A stretch of 64,000 bases of DNA from Nemertoderma westbladi (taxonomy: Eukaryota; Animalia; Xenacoelomorpha): the NCBI GenBank assembly GCA_032718475.1, contig JAUCBJ010008069.1, positions 1 through 64,000 on the forward strand, written 5' to 3'. The notes beneath the pieces were generated by a model. That model was not told where the DNA came from, ran no database searches, and saw only the letters and a program-made list of their open reading frames with translations. Shown in pieces: positions 49,001 through 61,000 of this stretch. Positions within the stretch are counted from its first letter, which is position 1. Each line of letters begins with the position of its first letter. The position numbers and the translations under genes were made by a program.

Positions 49001-52000
49001 AGAAAATGGCTGGTATTGTTACCTACAGAGATGGACCCACTTCAGAAAATGTGCTGGAAAATTGGGTAGCCGAAGAGATAGGGTTACAGACGAGGCCGAG
49101 TAGAATGGCGGTAATTACTATCTCGAGCAAGGATGAGGTCTTGGAGATGAGAACGGGACGGTGCGAGATATCAGCAATAGCACCAGGATGCGATTATGGG
49201 GCGACCATCGACCCCATCCAAATAATAGAATCGATTAATATAAATGCCAGGCGGCCCACAAGGATCGAGGTCGAGCAATACCGGTTCCTGGACGATATCG
49301 ATTTCTCAATACCCGAAGTGGACGTCTTGAAGGTATCCATCATAGTCGGAATGGATTGTCCAATGGCCCACGAGAGAGTACGGACCATATTCGGAGGGGA
49401 TAAACAACGGGATCCGATGGCGATTCTTACGCCGTTAGGATGGACGCTTAGCAGCTCAATTAGAACCAAGATTCCATTCAGGATGTCGGAGACATCAGGG
49501 TGCATGTTCGCAGGCACAATGAGGGAGATGGAGGACGAAGGAGCAGAGGAGCAACTTAAGAGACTGTTGCGGCAGGACTTTGAGGGATTGAAGGAGGCTG
49601 GGGTCAGAACCTCAGTAGAAGACAAACAAGCGCTAGAGAACGTGAAGAACTCGATGAAGTGCGAAGGGGGGCGGTACACGATAGGGGTGGTGTGGAAACA
49701 ACCAAAGTTACCGCTACCGGACAATAAAGGGATGGTACTGACGAGGCTTCGCAAACTGAACCAGACGCTCAGACGGAGCCCCGAGAAGGACGAGTACATC
49801 CATAAAACAATTAGGAAATACGTTGAAAAGGGGTGGGCCGTGGAGTTACCGGTCGACGAGCCAAACACGGACAGGACCTACTATTTGCCACTGCACGTGG
49901 CTTTAGATCCAAAGAAGGGTAAACTGCGGATGGTGGTCGACGCGTCGACCATAACGAATGGCAAGAGCCTAAACGACTATCTGCTGGAAGGCCCCAACAT
50001 TTACATCTCGGGGATAGAGGTCCTGTTGAGATTCAGAAATGGGAGGCACGCCTTCACCTGCGACATTGAAGGCATGTTCAACCAAATCCGTGTGACGGAA
50101 GAAGACAGCGATAGTAAGTGCTTCCTATGGTACAATGGCGACAAAGAACCGTCTGAGATACCGATGTACAAAATGGTGGTGCAAAACATGGGGGCCAAGT
50201 CGTCCTCATTCACAACGACTATGGCTGTAAGAGATACGGTGGAGGGCAAGGAAGGAGAGTATAGTGCGAAGGCGATTGACATGATTCGACGCGGTTTCTA
50301 TGTAGATGATGGGATGGGATCTGGAAACACAGTTGAAGATATACTGGAGATGGGGCGCGAGGTTCGCGACATCCTAAAAGGATCGGGGTTCAACCATACT
50401 AAGTTCCAGTCCAGCTCCAAGGAATTTATGAAGGCCATAGAAGACAAACGACCAGAGTCGACCATGGACAACCCCACAACGGCAAAGGGACAGGTTATGG
50501 CAGACAAGAGAGTGGAGTCGCAGCAAAAGGTACTAGGGATCGTGTGGAACCAGGAGACGGATGAATTGGAGTATGAACTAAGTCAGGAGGGCGCAGATAT
50601 CCATACTAAGCGAGGCTATGTATCGTATATAGTGAGGATATATGATCCCCTAGGCCTAGCATCCCCATTGTTAGTCACGGGGAAGCAAATACTAAAGAAA
50701 GTATATAAGTTAAAGGATCAGTGGGATACGGAGGTCCCGGAAGAAATAAGTAGACATTGGAGTAAGTGGACGGGGAGTCTAGAGGAGATGGGGACGTACA
50801 GCATGGCACGCTTGTACTTCCTGGACGGAAACATGATGGATCTAGATCTGCATATGTTTTCCGATGCATCCTTGGAAGCGTATGGAGCGGCACTTTATTT
50901 GGTACAGCGAAAGGGAGCTCATAAGCCCAGGCTTGCGTTTAGTAAAGCGAAGTCGATGCCACCAGATTCAGCATCAGTGCCAAAACTCGAGCTGACAGCT
51001 GCGAGGTTAGGAGTAAGGGCAACAGCCTACCTGATGGACACTATATACCCAACATAGTGGAGACACACTACTGGACAGATTCCATGGTAGTGTTAGGGTG
51101 GCTACATAACGAAAAGACAAGATACCCTATATTCGTCGCGAACAGGATAGACGAGATAAGGGTAACGACTGATCTAGAAAGGTGGCACTACTGCCCTACC
51201 GACGACAATCCCGCAGATCTGTTATTGAGGGGCGTTGTACGCCGCACTTTCTCGAAGAAGCAAGAGTTGTGGCAGCATGGGCCACACTTTCTTAACAATA
51301 GATCGGCCTGGCCACCAATGATAAAGGTGGACCCAGGCACGGAGGAACTAGTAGCAGAGGAGGAGGGAGAAGATTCAGAAGGGGAAGAGATATACAGCCA
51401 GTTGGCGAGGGAGATCAAGGAGGTGCCACCGAAATCGAAGGAACCATGCGATAATCCGATGGATAGGTTGCTCAGTTACAGCTCCAGCTGGTACAAGACT
51501 AAGAAGTTGGTAGCATATTTGAGGGCCTATGGGGATTTCCTCAGGGGAGTTGGCAAGGATACCAAAAGGACACTAACCATCGATCTGGAAGGAGCGGCTA
51601 AAGCCGTAATACGATACGAGCAAAGAAAGGGGTACGCCGACGAAGTGGACAGAATCAGCAAGCAACAGCACCTTCGTCGAGACAGCAAACTCAAACCGCT
51701 GTCTACGCAGTTGAACAACGACAGGATCCTGGTGATGAATTCCAGAGTGGTAAACAACAACAGCCCAGTTATCCCACCGAAACCCATATTAATCCCCAAT
51801 AAATCACCAATAGTCCACCAGATCATATGAGACTCCCATAAATCGATACTACACGGAGGCACGAATCAGACCCTCACGGAGATACGAAGGACGTTCTGGA
51901 TTACCCAACTTAGGAAGATGGTAAAGGCGGTAGTGGGGCAGTGCCAGACCTGCCAACGGACGAGAAAGGAGAGGGCCGTACAGGAGATGGCGCCATTACT

Positions 52001-55000
52001 GGCCAACAGAGTGAGGCATCACGACCCGCCATTTACACACTGCGGCGTGGACATGTTCGGGCCGATAAAGATAAAGGTGATGCGGCATACAGAGAAACGC
52101 TACGGCATTATCTTTGTCTGCAACAACACGAGAGCGGTGGGAATAGAACTTGCGCAGGACGCTACGGCGTCGGCATTTATTAATGCCTTAGAAAGGTTTG
52201 TAACCCGCAGAGGGGGGACGGTGGAGGTGTTATATTTGGATAACGGGACCAACTTCGTAGGATCGGAGAACGAGTTGGCGGAGGCCTTCGACATCCTAGA
52301 GGGAGACGATGTCAGGGCGGCTATGAGAAGACATCGCATAAAGTCGGAAAGGAGAATGCCATACGCGCCGCATACATTAGGGTGTCTGGTATTGTTACCT
52401 ACAGAGATGGACCCACCTAGTAAATGTGCTGGTATTGTTACCTACACAAATCAACCCACCTAGTAAAAAAATGTGCTGGTATTGTTACCTACACAAATCA
52501 ACCCACCTAGTAAATGTGTTGGTATTGTTACCTACACAAATCAACCCACCTAGTAAATGTGCTGGTATTGTTACCTACACAAATCAACCCACCTAGTAAA
52601 TGTGCTGGTATTGTTACCTACACAAATCAACCCACCTAGTAAATGTGCTGTTATTGGTACCTTCAGAGATGGACCCACTTCAGAAAATTTGCTGGTATTG
52701 TTACCTACAGAGATGGACCCACTTTAGAAAATGTGCTGGTATTGTTACCTACAGAGATGAACCCACTTTAGTAAATGTGCTGGTATTGTTACCTACACAA
52801 ATCAACCCACCTAGTAAATGTGCTGGTATTGTTACCTACACAAATCAACCCACCTAATAAATGTGCTGGTATTGTTACCTACAGAGATGAACCCACTTTA
52901 GAAAATGTGCTGGTATTGTTACCAACACAAAGCAACCCACCTAGTAAATGTGCTGGTATTGGCGCCTTCCGATTAACGTATTTCTCCCCGTAATGTTCCG
53001 ATAACTTCCGACGGACGTAGGCATGCAACTGTTGGTAAAACGGCTGTAACTCATTAAACAATCGATCTACCGTCTCAGGAAACCTATCGTCTTCATAAGA
53101 AGATATCCACACCTCAGACATATCTTTCTTCCCTACAATAAATTCATACAGAAGAACTTATTGTTGCATAATTAACTTTTGATATGAGTAATAATATAAA
53201 CCAATTATGGTAGCTGAATAACGTTACAATATATATTCGTTAACAATATTAATAGTTTCAAAGTGTTAAAAGTTGTATAAAATGCCGAATCTTTTAATAA
53301 CATTGACCTGCATAACTATATAGTAAGAATTGCTATGATATTATTAATCATTTCCCTTTTCTTTAAAAACAAAATTATTTTGAAAAGAGCTACACGATTC
53401 ACCTTCGAATAAACGCTGTAACTTTTTTTGGAAATATATATTGAGACACCGTTTTTTTTGTAAAAATCTCTGGAAAATTCTGCATCTCATAGGCCCGATA
53501 ACTCAAAATCTACCTCCCGGCGGTATACGGTCCCTTTTCTCGTGGCCCGCCACGATAAATACGTATAAAAACAGTATAAATAAACTGAGCGAAATACGGT
53601 AATTTAAGTAAGATAAATAAATTACAGTGACAGTGAATAGCAGTGCTGCAGCTAGCTTTCAGCAGCGAACACTTCGTTAAGGGGAGTAGTACAGGCATCC
53701 AATTTTTTTTAATTTTTTTTTCTGCACAGAAATTCCCTATATGTGTTTTCGTGGTCGGTGACTTCATTTCTGATGTCAATATTAAAATTTGGCATCGTCG
53801 ATTCTGTCTGTATGCCTGTCATTCTGTCCGTCATAATAAAACAGTCTGTTATCAGACAATTTGGAAGTCATGAAATGTTAAATCTGACACTCGAAATGAA
53901 TTCTGCGACCAGGAAAGCTCTAGCTAAACTCTTAACTAGATTGTATGCCCTTTTCTTATATTTGACGAACAGATTGTCGGATAGTCAGAAAGACCTACAG
54001 ACAGACATATACAGACAAACAAGACTTCATTAAAAGTGAAAACTGACCTCAGAAATGAAATCAGCGACCAGGAAAACCCATATCAAAAATTTTAGCATGG
54101 TTTTGTGCTTTCGTTTTTGCTAGGTATATATTGAACTGAACTATATTTGTATAAAAGCACCAGTACAGTGAGTAATATAATGTGTAAAGTAAATATGTTT
54201 ATTTGTGCTATATCAAATTTATACAATTAAATTAAATCTTTTATTGTTTCCTATATTGACAGACATTATTTCATAATAACAGACAGTTTTTGCGCAGGAA
54301 GGTTCAAATTTTAACTGCATTTTTCTCATAATGAGTTTTTAGAATTCTTTCGGCACATGTTTCTCAGCTGCCATTTGAATTATAGACTTGAAAATTACTC
54401 ACAAGGATCATTTTTTACCGTAGAATATCGTAAACCAATTAGTTTTTTTATCTTATGTATGCATAAGCACCGAATTGTGATTTTAATGTTTGTGACACTA
54501 ATTATTTGGCTATTTTTTTTTAAATTAGGCCAATTTTTCAAAAAAATAAGCTGAATGTCTGAAAAAAAAATAGAAATAAAAAAAAAATAGGTTTACCAGA
54601 AAGAATACTACACAACAATAAGTACAATAGTGATAACCACAGGAAGTTCCAGATGTCCAGCAATTATCGCTTTTTAGGGGATGATAAACCCCACAGCAAA
54701 TTTAAAAAAAGATCTGAGATTGACTAAATGATTGAGAATAAAATAACGAGCCAGAAAATATTATATTATACGCAAGTCAAAATCCAGCAGCTACTTTGAT
54801 ACATTTTAACAAACCAATGAAAGCAGGCCGACATGAATTAATTATCACCAACCGGCTATTTTCGCTGCTTTATTGGATAACTCGACGTATTTGGTATATT
54901 TTTCCCTCATCTTCTTTCCACTAACATCCCGCCATCCCTTCCACACTTTGCTAAGGAGATCGTAATCTCGATCTTCGCTAAGTATGGACACCAAATCTAA

Positions 55001-58000
55001 TATAAATAAATAGATTAGAGAGAATGAAAATGATACCAAAGATCCAACTATGATTGAAACCAATCTGTTTGTAACTATGAGTGCCTGTGAATGAAACCAA
55101 TCTGTTTGTAACTATGAGTGCCAGTGAATGAAACCAACCTGTTTGTAACTATGAGTGCCTCTGAATGAAACCAACCTGTTTGTAACTATGAGTGCCTGTG
55201 AATGAAACCAACCTGTTTGTAACTATGAGTGCCTGTGAATGAAACCAATCTGTTTGTAACTATGAGTGCCTGTGAATGAAACCAACCTGTTTGTAACTAT
55301 GAGTGCCTGTGAATGAAACCAATCTGTTTGTAACTATGAGTGACTGTAAATGAAACCAATCTGTTTGTAACTATGAGTGCCTGTGAATGAAACCAATCTG
55401 TTTGTAACTATGAGTGCCTGTGAATGAAACCAATCTGGTTGTAACTATGAGTGCCTGTGAATGAAACCAATCTGGTTGTAACTATGAGTGCCTGTGAATG
55501 AAACCAATCTGTTTGTAACTATGAGTGCCTGTAAATGAAACCAATCTGTTTGTAACTATGAGTGACTGTAAATGAAACCAATCTGTTTGTAACTATGAGT
55601 GCCTGTGAATGAAACCAATCTGTTTGTAACTATGAGTGCCTGTGAATGAAACCAACCTGTTTGTAACTATGAGTGCCTGTGAATGAAACCAATCTGGTTG
55701 TAACTATGAGTGCCTGTGAATGAAACCAATCTGTTTGTAACTATGAGTGCCTGTGAATGAAACCAATCTGTTTGTAACTATGAGTGCCTGTGAATGAAAC
55801 CAACCTGTTTGTAACTATGAGTGCCTGTGAATGAAACCAATCTGGTTGTAACTATGAGTGCCTGTGAATGAAACCAATCTGTTTGTAACTATGAGTGACT
55901 GTAAATGAAACCAATCTGTTTGTAACTATGAGTGCCTGTGAATGAAACCAATCTGTTTGTAACTATGAGTGACTGTGAATGAAACCAATCTGTTTGTAAC
56001 TATGAGTGCCTGTGAATGAAACCAATATGTTTGTAACTATGAGTGACTGTGAATGAAACCAATCTGTTTGTAACTATGAATGCCTGTGAATGAAACCAAT
56101 CTGTTTGTAACTATGAATGCCTGTGAATGAAACCAATCTGTTTGTAACTATGAGTGCCTGTGAATAAAACCAATCTGTTTGTAACTATGAGTGACTGTGA
56201 ATGAAACCTATCTGTTTGTAACTATGAATGCCTGTGAATGAAACCAATATGTTTGTAACTATGAGTGACTGTGAATGAAACCAATCTGTTTGTAACTATG
56301 AGTGCCTGTGAATGAAACCAATCTGTTTGTAACTATGAGTGCCTGTGAATGAAACCAACCTGTTTGTAACTATGAGTGCCTGTGAATGAAACCAATCTGT
56401 TTGTAACTATGAGTGACTGTAAATGAAACCAATCTGTTTGTAACTATGAGTGACTGTAAATGAAACCAATCTGTTTGTAACTATGAGTGCCTGTGAATGA
56501 AACCAATCTGTTTGTAACTATGAGTGCCTGTGAATGAAACCAATCTGGTTGTAACTATGAGTGCCTGTGAATGAAACCAATCTGGTTGTAACTATGAGTG
56601 CCTGTGAATGAAACCAATCTGTTTGTAACTATGAGTGCCTGTAAATGAAACCAATCTGTTTGTAATTATGAGTGACTGTAAATGAAACCAACCTGTTTGT
56701 AACTATGAGTGCCTGTGAATGAAACCAATCTGGTTGTAACTATGAGTGCCTGTGAATGAAACCAATCTGTTTGTAACTATGAGTGCCTGTAAATGAAACC
56801 AATCTGTTTGTAACTATGAGTGACTGTAAATGAAACCAATCTGTTTGTAACTATGAGTGCCTGTGAATGAAACCAATCTGTTTGTAACTATGAGTGCCTG
56901 TGAATGAAACCAACCTGTTTGTAACTATGAGTGCCTGTGAATGAAACCAATCTGGTTGTAACTATGAGTGCCTGTGAATGAAACCAATCTGTTTGTAACT
57001 ATGAGTGACTGTAAATGAAACCAATCTGTTTGTAACTATGAGTGCCTGTGAATGAAACCAATCTGTTTGTAACTATGAGTGACTGTGAATGAAACCAATC
57101 TGTTTGTAACTATGAGTGCCTGTGAATGAAACCAATATGTTTGTAACTATGAGTGACTGTGAATGAAACCAATCTGTTTGTAACTATGAATGCCTGTGAA
57201 TGAAACCAATCTGTTTGTAACTATGAATGCCTGTGAATGAAACCAATCTGTTTGTAACTATGAGTGCCTGTGAATAAAACCAATCTGTTTGTAACTATGA
57301 GTGACTGTGAATGAAACCTATCTGTTTGTAACTATGAATGCCTGTGAATGAAACCAATATGTTTGTAACTATGAGTGACTGTGAATGAAACCAATCTGTT
57401 TGTAACTATGAGTGCCTGTGAATGAAACCAATCTGTTTGTAACTATGAGTGCCTGTGAATGAAACCAATATGTTTGTAACTATGAGTGACTGTGAATGAA
57501 ACCAATCTGTTTGTAACTATGAGTGCCTGTGAATGAAACCAATCTGTTTGTAACTATGAGTGCCTGTGAATGAAACCAATCTGTTTGTAACTATGAGTGC
57601 CTGTGAATGAAACCAATATGTTTGTAACTATGAGTGACTGTGAATGAAACCAATCTGTTTGTAACTATGAGTGCCTGTGAATGAAACCAATCTGTTTGTA
57701 ACTATGAGTGCCTGTGAATGAAACCAATCTGTTTGTAACTATGAGTGCCTGTGAATGAAACCAATCTGTTTGTAACTATGAGTGCCTGTGAATGAAACCA
57801 ATATGTTTGTAACTATGAGTGACTGTGAATGAAACCAATATGTTTGTAACTATGAGTGCCTGTGAATGAAACCAACCTGTTTGTAACTATGAGTGCCTGT
57901 GAATGAAACCAATTTGTTTGTAACTATGAGTGACTGTAAATGAAACCAATCTGTTTGTAACTATGAGTGCCTGTGAATGAAACCAATCTGTTTGTAACTA

Positions 58001-61000
58001 TGAGTGACTGTAAATGAAACCAATCTGTTTGTAACTATGAGTGCCTGTGAATGAAACCAACCTGTTTGTAACTATGAGTGCCTGTGAATGAAACCAATAT
58101 GTTTGTAACTATGAGTGACTGTGAATGAAACCAATATGTTTGTAACTATGAGTGCCTGTGAATGAAACCAATCTGTTTGTAACTATGAGTGCCTGTGAAT
58201 GAAACCAATCTGGTTGTAACTATGAGTGCCTGTGAATGAAACCAATATGTTTGTAACTATGAGTGCCAGTGAATGAAACCAATCTGTTTGTAACTATGAG
58301 TGCCTGTGAATGAAACCAATCTGTTTGTAACTATGAGTGCCTGTGAATGAAACCAACCTGTTTGTAACTATGAGTGCCTGTGAATGAAACCAATCTGTTT
58401 GTAACTATGAGTGCCTGTGAATGAAACCAACCTGTTTGTAACTATGAGTGCCTGTGAATGAAACCAATCTGTTTGTAACTATGAGTGCCTGTGAATGAAA
58501 CCAATCTGTTTGTAACTATGAGTGCCTGTGAATGAAACCAATCTGTTTGTAACTATGAGTGCCTGTGAATGAAACCAATCTGTTTGTAACTATGAGTGCC
58601 TGTGAATGAAACCAATCTGTTTGTAACTATGAGTGCCTGTGAATGAAACCAATCTGTTTGTAACTATGAGTGACTGTAAATGAAACCAATCTGTTTGTAA
58701 CTATGAGTGCCGGTGAATGAAACCAATCTGTTTGTAACTATGAGTGCCTGTGAATGAAACCAATCTGTTTGTAACTATGAGTGCCTGTGAATGAAACCAA
58801 TCTGTTTGTAACTATGAGTGCCTGTGAATGAAACCAATCTGTTTGTAACTATGAGTGACTGTAAATGAAACCAATCTGTTTGCAACTATGAGTGCCGGTG
58901 AATGAAACCAATCTGTTTGTAACTATGAGTGCCTGTGAATGAAACCAATCTGTTTGTAACTATGAGTGCCTGTGAATGAAACCAATCTGTTTGTAACTAT
59001 GAGTGCCTGTGAATGAAACCAATCTGTTTGTAACTATGAGTGCCTGTGAATGAAACCAATCTGTTTGTAACTATGAGTGCCTGTGAATGAAACCAATCTG
59101 TTTGTAACTATGAGTGCCTGTGAATGAAACCAATCTGTTTGTAGCTATGAGTGCCTGTGAATGAAACCAATCTGTTTGTAACTATGAGTGCCTGTGAATG
59201 AAACCAATCTGTTTGTAACTATGAGTGCCTGTGAATGAAACCAATCTGTTTGTAACTATGAGTGACTGTGAATGAAACCAATATGTTTGTAACTATGAGT
59301 GCCTGTGAATGAAACCAATCTGTTTGTAACTATGAGTGACTGTAAATGAAACCAATCTGTTTGTAACTATGAGTGCCGGTGAATGAAACCAATCTGTTTG
59401 TAACTATGAGTGCCTGTGAATGAAACCAATCTGTTTGTAACTATGAGTGCCTGTGAATGAAACCAATCTGTTTGTAACTATGAGTGCCTGTGAATGAAAC
59501 CAATCTGTTTGTAACTATGAATGCCTGTGAATGAAACCAACCTGTTTGTAACTATGAGTGCCTGTGAATGAAACCAATCTGTTTGTAACTATGAGTGCCT
59601 GTGAATGAAACCAATCTGTTTGTAACTATGAGTGCCTGTGAATGAAACCAATCTGGTTGTAACTATGAGTGCCTGTGAATGAAACCAATCTGTTTGTAAC
59701 TATGAGTGCCTGTGAATGAAACCAATCTGGTTGTAACTATGATTGCCTGTGAATGAAACCAATCTGTTTGTAACTATGAGTGCCTGTGAATGAAACCAAT
59801 CTGTTTGTAACTATGAGTGCCTGTGAATGAAACCAATCTGTTTGTAACTATGAGTGCCTGTGATTGAAACCAACCTGTTTGTAACTATGAGTGCCTGTGA
59901 ATGAAACCAATCTGTTTGTAACTATGAGTGCCTGTGAATGAAACCAACCTGTTTGTAACTATGAGTGCCTGTGAATGAAACCAATCTGTTTGTAACTATG
60001 AGTGCCTGTGAATGAAACCAATCTGTTTGTAACTATGAGTGCCTGTGAATGAAACCAATCTGTTTGTAACTATGAGTGCCTGTGATTGAAACCAACCTGT
60101 TTGTAACTATGAGTGCCTGTGATTGAAACCAACCTGTTTGTAACTATGAGTGCCTGTGATTGAAACCAACCTGTTTGTAACTATGAGTGCCTGTGAATGA
60201 AACCAATCTGTTTGTAACTATGAGTGCCTGTGAATGAAACCAATCTGTTTGTAACTATGAGTGCCTGTGATTGAAACCAACCTGTTTGTAACTATGAGTG
60301 CCTGTGAATGAAACCAATCTGTTTGTAACTATGAGTGCCTGTGAATGAAACCAACCTGTTTGTAACTATGAGTGCCTGTGAATGAAACCAATCTGTTTGT
60401 AACTATGAGTGCCTGTGAATGAAACCAATCTGTTTGTAACTATGAGTGCCTGTGAATGAAACCAATCTGTTTGTAACTATGAGTGCCTGTGATTGAAACC
60501 AACCTGTTTGTAACTATGAGTGCCTGTGATTGAAACCAACCTGTTTGTAACTATGAGTGCCTGTGAATGAAACCAATCTGTTTGTAACTATGAGTGCCTG
60601 TGATTGAAACCAACCTGTTTGTAACTATGAGTGCCTGTGATTGAAACCAACCTGTTTGTAACTATGAGTGCCTGTGAATGAAACCAACCTGTTTGTAACT
60701 ATGAGTGCCTGTGAATGAAACCAATCTGTTTGTAACTATGAGTGCCTGTGAATGAAACCAATCTGTTTGTAACTATGAGTGCCTGTGAATGAAACCAATC
60801 TGTTTGTAACTATGAGTGCCTGTGATTGAAACCAACCTGTTTGTAACTATGAGTGCCTGTGAATGAAACCAATCTGTTTGTAACTATGAGTGCCTGTGAA
60901 TGAAACCAATCTGTTTGTAACTATGAGTGCCTGTGAATGAAACCAACCTGTTTGTAACTATGAGTGCCTGTGAATGAAACCAATCTGTTTGTAACTATGA

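Noticed and set aside
48877-51057. 726-aa ORF as a genuine gene
   Set aside because: Its first ~60 codons are minisatellite read-through from a non-ATG start, fused to a broken BEL pol.
53340-54760. Probable non-autonomous transposon in an ACE intron (similar material at ~17100-17990)
   Set aside because: Repeat-like motifs (GCGACCAGGAAA twice) are present, but termini and TSD could not be defined.
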